Source of the DNA: Giardia intestinalis
Taxonomy: Eukaryota
Assembly (NCBI GenBank): GCA_000002435.2
Contig: CM018793.1
Direction: 5' to 3' (one strand)
Length of the DNA stretch: 64,000 nucleotides
Under the pieces are notes generated by a model. That model worked only from the letters and a program-made list of their open reading frames with translations, made no database searches and had not been told where the DNA came from. The position numbers were made by a program, and so were the translations under genes. This document shows, piece by piece, positions 10,063 through 20,236 of the stretch. The first letter of the stretch is position 1; each line of letters opens with the position of its first letter.

Positions 10063-12786
10063 CTATATCGACTTGGAGGGAATGAGCGTCATAGTACTGG
10101 GGGACGCATCGATGCGTCTGCCCCTAAAAATGAACCACCAGCAAAGGAAACCGACCAAGGCACCGATGGCGACCATAGCGACGGAGATTTCCATAATGGT
10201 CCTCATGGAGAGGCTGCTCTTGTTCGTGCTTCTGCCAGTACTGTTGCCATCTTTCATGAGGTAGCAGAGGACGGAGCCAGTATTGCTACCAATAGGAGGG
10301 ACACAGTTTAAGCAACCCTTGACACTAGTGATTGCATTGCCATCAGTTCCACTGTTACTTGTGCATTTCACGCATTTATTGTCAGTGGTTTTGTAATACC
10401 CTGCTAAGCAATCTGTGCAGGTTTCCTTACTACCCGCACACTTCACACATCCTTCAGTACACGCCGGACATTTTCCTCCAGCTGGGCTTTGTCCATTGGC
10501 ACACGTTTGGCATTGTCCCTTATTCTGTGCAGCCGTACATACAGAGCTACCAGGAAGCTTCTGTGTGTTGTAGCATCCGCCCGATAACAGAGCGTAGTTT
10601 GCTCCACACTCAGTGCATTTCCCGCCACTTGCCTTACATCCGGAGGCATCCCTCGCTGTTGCAGGTATGGATGTGCAGACGCCGTCGACTGGGGCGTACC
10701 CCTCCTCGCACTGATCGCAGTACTTCGAGCCTCCGACGTTCAGTGAGCAGCCGTCGGCCTTGCAGTGGGCCATAAAGTCTCCCGTGCACTCTTTTATGCA
10801 CGTTCCTGTGTCATCAGATGACCGACTCAGCACATACCCCGGATAGCAGGCCGTACACGACGTTTCTGCGTTAGTACTACAGCTTGCGCATGTATTGTGA
10901 CAGGAAGCGCAAATGCCGGTACTGTCACGATTATCGGGATATGTGCCGGCAGGGCACTCCTCCAGACATGCATCATTAAGGGGGCTCAGTCTTTTGGTCT
11001 CACACCCAGAGCACGTAACTATTGGACCTGCTCTTGCAGACGCTGCCTTGAGAGAGCACTTTGCACAGTCGGCTATGCCACCATTAGCAGTATCGCTGCA
11101 CTTAGCGCACACCTTCTTGCCCTGTGCATCGGTCGTGGGGAAGAATCCATCCTTACACTCCTCTGCACTGACACAGCTGGGTGTCTCACCAGCTTTGAAG
11201 TAGAGCCCGTCCTTACACTCTTCACATATATTATCCACCACACAGCTCTTGCAGTTGGTGTCAGAGCACAGCACACACCCACTGCCACCCTTGTTGGGCA
11301 CCTTACTATTGTCACAGGAGGTACAGACAGCGGGGGTCATACCACCATCAGATGGAGCTGTCGGGGCCTTACATTGTGAGCAGCCCTCGACCCCCACATA
11401 TGCCTTAGCAGTACCTTGAGGATCTACTAGTGTGCCTAGAGGATTGCCACAAGCTAGCACAGACTGATCAGTAGCCTGTGCCTCTGGTACTACGAAGTAC
11501 TTATTACTTGCCGCTTCTGTGCATATCCCACTACTATCTGCTTTCTTGCACATATGACTACCTGGTACTTGACCAACCTTATAACAGCCATTCATGTACA
11601 AGAAGTAATCAGCAGTACACTGTGTGCATGTATGACTGTCACAAGTATTAGCTCCCTTCTTACCACTATCACTAGTGCATATACCATCTATAGGAGCTTG
11701 TGAACTATCTCCACAATAGGAACAGTAGTGCTTTGCATTGCCCTTATCATCTATTATCATGGCATCGCAGGCACCAGAAGTACCACCACAAGCCGTGGGG
11801 TCCTCGCAGGTCTTCACACATGTATAGTCATCATTTGCATCTTCATTGGACTGCTTCTTATAGTTGGGCTTACAGTCAGTGCACTTGAACCCATTATTGT
11901 TAGAACATAGACTACAGCCTTCGTGGCCCCCATTGGTTGTATCACTACAAGCAACGCACTTCTTCCCCTGTGGATCTGTAGTAGTTACCAAGAAGTATCC
12001 CGGCATGCATGTATCACACTTATTTGGATCACCAGCAACAGAACATGTGGCACAGTTATCACCACAAGCATCACAAGCTGTATCACTAGTCTTAAAGAAG
12101 CCCGGAAGGCACTTAGTGCATTGTTGTGCTGCAGTACAGGTTGCACAATTAGGAACTCCCTTAGATTCATCACCACACAAAAGGCACGCAGTATCACCAT
12201 CTTTGAAATGATAATCATCTTGGCATCCAGAGCTCATATCAACACAGGTTGTTGTCCCATCCAGCTCTGTCTTCACCTTCTTACCGTTACAGGCACTGCA
12301 CACCGGCTTCTGTAGCTTTGCATCGTACGTGCAAGCAGTGCACTCTGGTATGCCCCCCTGATCTGCTGCACCGTTACAGGCTGTGCACTTCCCAGTGCTT
12401 GGGTCGGGGTACTTATCTCCATTACAACTGCTAGCCTCTACACAATTGTTCCCATCGAGATATTTCCCGCTCGCACAGAGAGTGCACTTAGTTGCGCCCT
12501 CACCGCTGCAAGTCAGACAAGCTTTATCGCAGACTTTGCATTCGTTGGTATTGGGTGATTTGTATGATCCGGCAGCACACTCTGTACATGTAACTACTCC
12601 TGCACTCTGTGGTGCCTGACACTGTGCGCAGTTGGCCACTCCCATGACCCCGTTTCTATCTGTAGTATCCCAGCACAAGATGCACTCGCTACCAGGCTTC
12701 GGTGTTGCATCAGGGTTCTGGAATATGTACTTGTTATCTGCCTTACAAGCAGTGCACAGTCCATCACTGGCTGCTGTGCATATCAC
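10063..12786 (-). pseudogene. VSP-family cysteine-rich surface protein paralog, 5'-truncated, with a degenerate C-terminal tail
   Basis: 907 codons rich in CXXC and GGCY motifs, ending ...VAIGALVGFLCWWF like a VSP TM helix. The conserved LCRGKA-stop is replaced by IFRGRRIDASPSTMTLIPSKSI. The ORF begins at a GTG with no signal peptide, directly after the stop and polyA signal of the upstream VSP. Confidence 0.55.
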
Positions 12787-12861
12787 ACTCCACTATCACC
12801 CATTATCACCCACTATCACCCACTATCACCTTCTATCACACACTATCACACATTGTACAGC
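12787..12861. repeat. Degenerate 10-bp microsatellite (CACTATCACC; minus-strand GGTGATAGTG) of about 7 units, between the two VSP-family genes
   Basis: Direct reading: cactatcacc cattatcacc cactatcacc cactatcacc ttctatcaca cactatcaca. Confidence 0.7.
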
Positions 12862-12875
12862 ATTCACTACCTAAG
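12862..12875 (-). promoter_or_regulatory. VSP extended polyadenylation signal CTTAGGTAGTGAAT immediately 3' of the VSP stop
   Basis: Minus-strand sequence after the TGA at 12878-12876 reads CTTAGGTAGTGAAT, matching the conserved VSP 3' motif with an AGTRAAY core. Confidence 0.7.
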
Positions 12876-15800
12876 TCACGCCTTCCCCCTGCAGAGGAAC
12901 CACCAGCAGAGGAAGCCCACGAGGCCCCCCACGACGACGACCACAGCGACGGAGATCCCCGCGATAGCCCCCGTGGAGAGCCCGCTACTCTTGTTTGTGC
13001 TACCGCTATCATTTATGAGGTAGCAGACGACAGATCCTTGATTATTAGGTGGAGGAGCGCAGCTCATGCAGCCAGCAACTCCCTTGACACTTCCACTGTT
13101 GCTGTCACACGAAATACATGTGTTTGGCCCTGACCCGACCATATAGTACCCAGCTGCGCATGACGTACACTTATCAGAGCTATCTGCAGTCGAGCATGTC
13201 TTGCAGGTCGAATGACACGAGGGGCATGCTCCATCATTGGGCTGAAGACTATTGGCGCACGTCTGACATCCACCATTGCTATCAGCTAGTGTGCATATCT
13301 GTATGCCAGGTTGTCTGCCGAGTTTATAGCAGCCTCCATCTTGAAGGAAATGATCTGCAGCACACTGAGTGCATACGCCACCTGCTGCGTTCGTGCAGAA
13401 TGAATTCCTTGTTACTGAATTAGCGCACACGCCATTCTGAGGTGCCCACTTATCTTCCTTGCATTTTGAACAGTACTTCGTACCGCCGATTACCGCTCCA
13501 CACTCTGCACACCCGTCCACCTCTGCTTTGCACTCATCTACACAAGATCCACCTTGATTAGGATCATCATTGGTGTACTGGAGCCTCTTCCCGGGAGGAC
13601 ACAGCGTGCACTTCGCTGGCCCCTTTGTGGTGCACCCAGCACAGCTAGGATCACAAGGCTCGCACGCTTTGTCTCCATCATAGTAGCTTCCTATTGCTCC
13701 GCAGCTCTGCGTGCACTGCTTTGTCGGGGTGAGGTAATCGCCGTCATTACATTCAGTGCAGATTTCGTTGTCTGTTTTGGGGTTGTCACAGGTCTTACAG
13801 TTGGGAGTATTGCAGGCCGTCTCTGATACGCACGTCGTCCCGTCCGACGAGGGCTTGTTCCCAGGCGTGCACTCGCAGACCCCACTATTTTCTGTGGTCA
13901 CGCTCGGAGGGCACGAAGCGATGCAGCCCTTCTTGTCCGGCCTGACCTTCTTTGAGGACGAGCAGGTGAGGCAGGTTTGTGCGCTACCCGTGCCGGTGCA
14001 GGTCGCACAGCCCGCGGTGGTCAAGGGGTCCTCGCATTGATCTGCGTTTGGGACGCACGTCGTCCCGTCCGACGAGGGCTTGTTCCCAGGCGTGCACTCG
14101 CAGACCCCACTATTTTCTGTGGTCACGCTCGGAGGGCACGAAGCGATGCAGCCCTTCTTGTCCGGCCTGACCTTCTTTGAGGACGAGCAGGTGAGGCAGG
14201 TTTGTGCGCTACCCGTGCCGGTGCAGGTCGCACAGCCCGCGGTGGTCAAGGGGTCCTCGCATTGATCTGCGTTTGGGACGCACGTCGTCCCGTCCGACGA
14301 GGGCTTGTTCCCAGGCGTGCACTCGCAGACCCCACTATTTTCTGTGGTCACGCTCGGAGGGCACGAAGCGATGCAGCCCTTCTTGTCCGGCCTGACCTTC
14401 TTTGAGGACGAGCAGGTGAGGCAGGTTTGTGCGCTACCCGTGCCGGTGCAGGTCGCACAGCCCGCGGTGGTCAAGGGGTCCTCGCATTGATCTGCGTTTG
14501 GGACGCACGTCGTCCCGTCCGACGAGGGCTTGTTCCCAGGCGTGCACTCGCAGACCCCACTATTTTCTGTGGTCACGCTCGGAGGGCACGAAGCGATGCA
14601 GCCCTTCTTGTCCGGCCTGACCTTCTTTGAGGACGAGCAGGTGAGGCAGGTTTGTGCGCTACCCGTGCCGGTGCAGGTCGCACAGCCCGCGGTGGTCAAG
14701 GGGTCCTCGCATTGATCTGCGTTTGGGACGCACGTCGTCCCGTCCGACGAGGGCTTGTTCCCAGGCGTGCACTCGCAGACCCCACTATTTTCTGTGGTCA
14801 CGCTCGGAGGGCACGAAGCGATGCAGCCCTTCTTGTCCGGCCTGACCTTCTTTGAGGACGAGCAGGTGAGGCAGGTTTGTGCGCTACCCGTGCCGGTGCA
14901 GGTCGCACAGCCCGCGGTGGTCAAGGGGTCCTCGCATTGATCTGCGTTTGGGACGCACGTCGTCCCGTCCGACGAGGGCTTGTTCCCAGGCGTGCACTCG
15001 CAGACCCCACTATTTTCTGTGGTCACGCTCGGAGGGCACGAAGCGATGCAGCCCTTCTTGTCCGGCCTGACCTTCTTTGAGGACGAGCAGGTGAGGCAGG
15101 TTTGTGCGCTACCCGTGCCGGTGCAGGTCGCACAGCCCGCGGTGGTCAAGGGGTCCTCGCATTGATCTGCGTTTGGGACGCACGTCGTCCCGTCCGACGA
15201 GGGCTTGTTCCCAGGCGTGCACTCGCAGACCCCACTATTTTCTGTGGTCACGCTCGGAGGGCACGAAGCGATGCAGCCCTTCTTGTCCGGCCTGACCTTC
15301 TTTGAGGACGAGCAGGTGAGGCAGGTTTGTGCGCTACCCGTGCCGGTGCAGGTCGCACAGCCCGCGGTGGTCAAGGGGTCCTCGCATTGATCTGCGTTTG
15401 GGACGCACGTCGTCCCGTCCGACGAGGGCTTGTTCCCAGGCGTGCACTCGCAGACCCCACTATTTTCTGTGGTCACGCTCGGAGGGCACGAAGCGATGCA
15501 GCCCTTCTTGTCCGGCCTGACCTTCTTTGAGGACGAGCAGGTGAGGCAGGTTTGTGCGCTACCCGTGCCGGTGCAGGTCGCACAGCCCGCGGTGGTCAAG
15601 GGGTCCTCGCATTGATCTGCGTTTGGGACGCACGTCGTCCCGTCCGACGAGGGCTTGTTCCCAGGCGTGCACTCGCAGACCCCACTATTTTCTGTGGTCA
15701 CGCTCGGAGGGCACGAAGCGATGCAGCCCTTCTTGTCCGGCCTGACCTTCTTTGAGGACGAGCAGGTGAGGCAGGTTTGTGCGCTACCCGTGCCGGTGCA

Positions 15801-18641
15801 GGTCGCACAGCCCGCGGTGGTCAAGGGGTCCTCGCATTGATCTGCGTTTGGGACGCACGTCGTCCCGTCCGACGAGGGCTTGTTCCCAGGCGTGCACTCG
15901 CAGACCCCACTATTTTCTGTGGTCACGCTCGGAGGGCACGAAGCGATGCAGCCCTTCTTGTCCGGCCTGACCTTCTTTGAGGACGAGCAGGTGAGGCAGG
16001 TTTGTGCGCTACCCGTGCCGGTGCAGGTCGCACAGCCCGCGGTGGTCAAGGGGTCCTCGCATTGATCTGCGTTTGGGACGCACGTCGTCCCGTCCGACGA
16101 GGGCTTGTTCCCAGGCGTGCACTCGCAGACCCCACTATTTTCTGTGGTCACGCTCGGAGGGCACGAAGCGATGCAGCCCTTCTTGTCCGGCCTGACCTTC
16201 TTTGAGGACGAGCAGGTGAGGCAGGTTTGTGCGCTACCCGTGCCGGTGCAGGTCGCACAGCCCGCGGTGGTCAAGGGGTCCTCGCATTGATCTGCGTTTG
16301 GGACGCACGTCGTCCCGTCCGACGAGGGCTTGTTCCCAGGCGTGCACTCGCAGACCCCACTATTTTCTGTGGTCACGCTCGGAGGGCACGAAGCGATGCA
16401 GCCCTTCTTGTCCGGCCTGACCTTCTTTGAGGACGAGCAGGTGAGGCAGGTTTGTGCGCTACCCGTGCCGGTGCAGGTCGCACAGCCCGCGGTGGTCAAG
16501 GGGTCCTCGCATTGATCTGCGTTTGGGACGCACGTCGTCCCGTCCGACGAGGGCTTGTTCCCAGGCGTGCACTCGCAGACCCCACTATTTTCTGTGGTCA
16601 CGCTCGGAGGGCACGAAGCGATGCAGCCCTTCTTGTCCGGCCTGACCTTCTTTGAGGACGAGCAGGTGAGGCAGGTTTGTGCGCTACCCGTGCCGGTGCA
16701 GGTCGCACAGCCCGCGGTGGTCAAGGGGTCCTCGCATTGATCTGCGTTTGGGACGCACGTCGTCCCGTCCGACGAGGGCTTGTTCCCAGGCGTGCACTCG
16801 CAGACCCCACTATTTTCTGTGGTCACGCTCGGAGGGCACGAAGCGATGCAGCCCTTCTTGTCCGGCCTGACCTTCTTTGAGGACGAGCAGGTGAGGCAGG
16901 TTTGTGCGCTACCCGTGCCGGTGCAGGTCGCACAGCCCGCGGTGGTCAAGGGGTCCTCGCATTGATCTGCGTTTGGGACGCACGTCGTCCCGTCCGACGA
17001 GGGCTTGTTCCCAGGCGTGCACTCGCAGACCCCACTATTTTCTGTGGTCACGCTCGGAGGGCACGAAGCGATGCAGCCCTTCTTGTCCGGCCTGACCTTC
17101 TTTGAGGACGAGCAGGTGAGGCAGGTTTGTGCGCTACCCGTGCCGGTGCAGGTCGCACAGCCCGCGGTGGTCAAGGGGTCCTCGCATTGATCTGCGTTTG
17201 GGACGCACGTCGTCCCGTCCGACGAGGGCTTGTTCCCAGGCGTGCACTCGCAGACCCCACTATTTTCTGTGGTCACGCTCGGAGGGCACGAAGCGATGCA
17301 GCCCTTCTTGTCCGGCCTGACCTTCTTTGAGGACGAGCAGGTGAGGCAGGTTTGTGCGCTACCCGTGCCGGTGCAGGTCGCACAGCCCGCGGTGGTCAAG
17401 GGGTCCTCGCATTGATCTGCGTTTGGGACGCACGTCGTCCCGTCCGACGAGGGCTTGTTCCCAGGCGTGCACTCGCAGACCCCACTATTTTCTGTGGTCA
17501 CGCTCGGAGGGCACGAAGCGATGCAGCCCTTCTTGTCCGGCCTGACCTTCTTTGAGGACGAGCAGGTGAGGCAGGTTTGTGCGCTACCCGTGCCGGTGCA
17601 GGTCGCACAGCCCGCGGTGGTCAAGGGGTCCTCGCATTGATCTGCGTTTGGGACGCACGTCGTCCCGTCCGACGAGGGCTTGTTCCCAGGCGTGCACTCG
17701 CAGACCCCACTATTTTCTGTGGTCACGCTCGGAGGGCACGAAGCGATGCAGCCCTTCTTGTCCGGCCTGACCTTCTTTGAGGACGAGCAGGTGAGGCAGG
17801 TTTGTGCGCTACCCGTGCCGGTGCAGGTCGCACAGCCCGCGGTGGTCAAGGGGTCCTCGCATTGATCTGCGTTTGGGACGCACGTCGTCCCGTCCGACGA
17901 GGGCTTGTTCCCAGGCGTGCACTCGCAGACCCCACTATTTTCTGTGGTCACGCTCGGAGGGCACGAAGCGATGCAGCCCTTCTTGTCCGGCCTGACCTTC
18001 TTTGAGGACGAGCAGGTGAGGCAGGTTTGTGCGCTACCCGTGCCGGTGCAGGTCGCACAGCCCGCGGTGGTCAAGGGGTCCTCGCATTGATCTGCGTTTG
18101 GGACGCACGTCGTCCCGTCCGACGAGGGCTTGTTCCCAGGCGTGCACTCGCAGACCCCACTATTTTCTGTGGTCACGCTCGGAGGGCACGAAGCGATGCA
18201 GCCCTTCTTGTCCGGCCTGACCTTCTTTGAGGACGAGCAGGTGAGGCAGGTTTGTGCGCTACCCGTGCCGGTGCAGGTCGCACAGCCCGCGGTGGTCAAG
18301 GGGTCCTCGCATTGATCTGCGTTTGGGACGCACGTCGTCCCGTCCGACGAGGGCTTGTTCCCAGGCGTGCACTCGCAGACCCCACTATTTTCTGTGGTCA
18401 CGCTCGGAGGGCACGAAGCGATGCAGCCCTTCTTGTCCGGCCTGACCTTCTTTGAGGACGAGCAGGTGAGGCAGGTTTGTGCGCTACCCGTGCCGGTGCA
18501 GGTCGCACAGCCCGCGGTGGTCAAGGGGTCCTCGCATTGATCTGCGTTTGGGACGCACGTCTGCCCGTTCGCCGACGGCGTGTTCCCAGCCTTGCAGTTT
18601 GCCCGTGCTACTGTACAAAATAGAAGAAGCCCTAGCAACAT
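12876..18641 (-). CDS. Variant-specific surface protein (VSP), 1921 aa, with ~21 tandem 75-aa cysteine-rich repeats
   Basis: Signal peptide MLLGLLLFCTVARA (ATG confirmed at 18641). Multiple CXXC motifs, GGCY motif, C-terminal TM helix and CRGKA* tail. Each repeat unit CVPNADQCEDPLTTAGCATCTGTGSAQTCLTCSSSKKVRPDKKGCIASCPPSVTTENSGVCECTPGNKPSSDGTT has 10 Cys. Confidence 0.85.
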   Translation of the reverse strand: MLLGLLLFCTVARANCKAGNTPSANGQTCVPNADQCEDPLTTAGCATCTGTGSAQTCLTCSSSKKVRPDKKGCIASCPPSVTTENSGVCECTPGNKPSSDGTTCVPNADQCEDPLTTAGCATCTGTGSAQTCLTCSSSKKVRPDKKGCIASCPPSVTTENSGVCECTPGNKPSSDGTTCVPNADQCEDPLTTAGCATCTGTGSAQTCLTCSSSKKVRPDKKGCIASCPPSVTTENSGVCECTPGNKPSSDGTTCVPNADQCEDPLTTAGCATCTGTGSAQTCLTCSSSKKVRPDKKGCIASCPPSVTTENSGVCECTPGNKPSSDGTTCVPNADQCEDPLTTAGCATCTGTGSAQTCLTCSSSKKVRPDKKGCIASCPPSVTTENSGVCECTPGNKPSSDGTTCVPNADQCEDPLTTAGCATCTGTGSAQTCLTCSSSKKVRPDKKGCIASCPPSVTTENSGVCECTPGNKPSSDGTTCVPNADQCEDPLTTAGCATCTGTGSAQTCLTCSSSKKVRPDKKGCIASCPPSVTTENSGVCECTPGNKPSSDGTTCVPNADQCEDPLTTAGCATCTGTGSAQTCLTCSSSKKVRPDKKGCIASCPPSVTTENSGVCECTPGNKPSSDGTTCVPNADQCEDPLTTAGCATCTGTGSAQTCLTCSSSKKVRPDKKGCIASCPPSVTTENSGVCECTPGNKPSSDGTTCVPNADQCEDPLTTAGCATCTGTGSAQTCLTCSSSKKVRPDKKGCIASCPPSVTTENSGVCECTPGNKPSSDGTTCVPNADQCEDPLTTAGCATCTGTGSAQTCLTCSSSKKVRPDKKGCIASCPPSVTTENSGVCECTPGNKPSSDGTTCVPNADQCEDPLTTAGCATCTGTGSAQTCLTCSSSKKVRPDKKGCIASCPPSVTTENSGVCECTPGNKPSSDGTTCVPNADQCEDPLTTAGCATCTGTGSAQTCLTCSSSKKVRPDKKGCIASCPPSVTTENSGVCECTPGNKPSSDGTTCVPNADQCEDPLTTAGCATCTGTGSAQTCLTCSSSKKVRPDKKGCIASCPPSVTTENSGVCECTPGNKPSSDGTTCVPNADQCEDPLTTAGCATCTGTGSAQTCLTCSSSKKVRPDKKGCIASCPPSVTTENSGVCECTPGNKPSSDGTTCVPNADQCEDPLTTAGCATCTGTGSAQTCLTCSSSKKVRPDKKGCIASCPPSVTTENSGVCECTPGNKPSSDGTTCVPNADQCEDPLTTAGCATCTGTGSAQTCLTCSSSKKVRPDKKGCIASCPPSVTTENSGVCECTPGNKPSSDGTTCVPNADQCEDPLTTAGCATCTGTGSAQTCLTCSSSKKVRPDKKGCIASCPPSVTTENSGVCECTPGNKPSSDGTTCVPNADQCEDPLTTAGCATCTGTGSAQTCLTCSSSKKVRPDKKGCIASCPPSVTTENSGVCECTPGNKPSSDGTTCVPNADQCEDPLTTAGCATCTGTGSAQTCLTCSSSKKVRPDKKGCIASCPPSVTTENSGVCECTPGNKPSSDGTTCVPNADQCEDPLTTAGCATCTGTGSAQTCLTCSSSKKVRPDKKGCIASCPPSVTTENSGVCECTPGNKPSSDGTTCVSETACNTPNCKTCDNPKTDNEICTECNDGDYLTPTKQCTQSCGAIGSYYDGDKACEPCDPSCAGCTTKGPAKCTLCPPGKRLQYTNDDPNQGGSCVDECKAEVDGCAECGAVIGGTKYCSKCKEDKWAPQNGVCANSVTRNSFCTNAAGGVCTQCAADHFLQDGGCYKLGRQPGIQICTLADSNGGCQTCANSLQPNDGACPSCHSTCKTCSTADSSDKCTSCAAGYYMVGSGPNTCISCDSNSGSVKGVAGCMSCAPPPNNQGSVVCYLINDSGSTNKSSGLSTGAIAGISVAVVVVVGGLVGFLCWWFLCRGKA
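13838..18560. repeat. Perfect tandem array, 225-bp unit x about 21 copies (intragenic, in the VSP)
   Basis: Sequence lines repeat exactly with period 225 bp from ~14040 to ~18540. The first and last units diverge at the array edges. Confidence 0.9.
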
Positions 18642-18787
18642 TAGCCGGAACCTACACTCGGTTATCGACTCGCATCTGCTCTTCGAAGGATTGCAACAGT
18701 AAAACTATGGACTACCACCAACCTAATTGTAGATCAATGCGTTGAGAATAACGAGCTCTAATGGATGTGTCACCATTCAGTGGCTAG

Positions 18788-19036
18788 CTACTGCCATGAC
18801 TCTGCCTCTGAAGCCAAGAACGGGCTTTCATCGTTGACGTAGCAGGTTCCTGTTTCAATAGCAAAGCCTCTAGCCCACTTGTATCTGTTCTGATTCCCTC
18901 GGTGGTTCTCTGCACAAATGTATTCAGAGGACTGACCCTCGTACAATCTTACCTTTGCTATGTTTATCACCGGTGATCCTGCCGGCTTCTTCTGTGGTGG
19001 TTTCTCCGCTGCGGGAAACCACGACACAATACTCAT
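18788..19036 (-). CDS. Small hypothetical protein (82 aa)
   Basis: ATG confirmed at 19036 with an AT-rich upstream stretch (GAAAAAGATAATAAGC). No recognisable family. Confidence 0.3.
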   Translation of the reverse strand: MSIVSWFPAAEKPPQKKPAGSPVINIAKVRLYEGQSSEYICAENHRGNQNRYKWARGFAIETGTCYVNDESPFLASEAESWQ

Positions 19037-19476
19037 TCAGATAGCAAATACGCCAGCTAATATTACCGTACGCTTATTATCTTTTTCATGCTCACACAGG
19101 TAGCTGGGCTCTGCACCTCTCTTCGTTGTAGTCGTTGCCTACACTAGTTGTGTGCACTAGACACCTGCTCTGCTCACTGTCTGCGAGGAGCAGCAGACCA
19201 ATGAGCTCGGCGACTAGCCACGTGTTTTGCATGGGCAATGGATGGTATAGACTTACACTTGTGCATCCTGCTCGATCATTGCTAGCGATGCCACGTTGCC
19301 AGAGAGTAAGCTCGAATATCAAAAATGGATTACAGGCCACTCGTGGAGCTAACCATGTGCGCCAAGGACTGTCACATGCATAAGACACAGCTGACCTGTG
19401 CAATTGAAATCTTGTGCAGCATTATAAACCAATGACTTAAAATTATTTAACGCTAAAAAATCAGTATGAGATAAAA

Positions 19477-20148
19477 ATGAGTCTTGGCGCGACTGGCGAA
19501 AATGAGTTTCAGTACTACACAATAGAGCGGATTATCCAAGGATGTATAATAGGCGACAAAAAGGTGGGAAAAACAACGATCATCCGCAGATTGTCCTGTT
19601 TGATGAATACTCTGAGCGGCGACATACGCGACGACTCCATTAACAAGGTTTCAGGCATTTATAGCTATCAGGAGTTATCCATTGGGATCCGCTTGTTTGA
19701 CTACCCGCGCCTCGGGGCACTGGACTCCGATGAAATTTTTCAGCTCCTCACAGATATGCAAGGCGTCATCTTTGTTTGTGATATCAATGATAAGGAGTCT
19801 ATAGCTACTGCAGCCAGGGGCGCTGAGTGCATTCGCGCCAAGCGCCCAGAACTAGTTATCTTACTGGTCTTCAACAAGGATGACGGAGACTATGATCGCT
19901 TGGTTCCCACAAACGTCGAATTGCAGGCCGTTGCCGCAAAGAGCGGATCCATCTGCCTACGCTGCAGTGCAAAAGAGAACTACAACATGGAGGACCTCTT
20001 GTTCAATTTTGTGGATAACATTGTGAATCCCAATCAGCAATATATGAAGTTTTGTCTGGCCAAGTCCATAAGTTTGACAAAACTTAAGACAGGGGAGTCC
20101 CAAAAGAATAACGCACACGGGGACAAGAAAGGCTGCTCCGTGATGTGA
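19477..20148 (+). CDS. Ras-superfamily small GTPase with C-terminal CaaX box
   Basis: G1 GDKKVGKT, G4 NKDD and G5 SAK motifs, plus C-terminal CSVM. Switch II is non-canonical (DYPRLG instead of DTAGQE). ATG at 19477 after AAAAATCAGTATGAGATAAAA. Confidence 0.65.
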   Translation: MSLGATGENEFQYYTIERIIQGCIIGDKKVGKTTIIRRLSCLMNTLSGDIRDDSINKVSGIYSYQELSIGIRLFDYPRLGALDSDEIFQLLTDMQGVIFVCDINDKESIATAARGAECIRAKRPELVILLVFNKDDGDYDRLVPTNVELQAVAAKSGSICLRCSAKENYNMEDLLFNFVDNIVNPNQQYMKFCLAKSISLTKLKTGESQKNNAHGDKKGCSVM

Positions 20149-20236
20149 CCCCGTGAGTTTACTGATTTTCAGCCGTGCACGTTTCCAAAATTATATTAAA
20201 TTTATTAAGTTTCTGCTTAAAGTATTCTAAAAAGAA

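Noticed and set aside
13838-18560. Regular direct repeats that could superficially resemble a CRISPR array
   Set aside because: Units are 225 bp, perfectly contiguous with no unique spacers, and lie inside an open reading frame encoding a Cys-rich VSP. The genome is eukaryotic.
13554-18745. Dozens of 61-67-aa plus-strand ORFs (MFPGVHSQTPLF..., MCATRAGAGRTARGG..., MRYPCRCRSHSPRW...)
   Set aside because: They are antisense and alternate-frame artefacts regenerated by every 225-bp repeat copy. They are Arg/Pro-rich, low-complexity, and have no independent start context.
19092-19403. 103-aa minus ORF and 82-aa plus ORF (19135..19383)
   Set aside because: They overlap each other on opposite strands, have no recognisable domains, and no AT-rich initiators. 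They are treated as non-coding or a possible ncRNA region.
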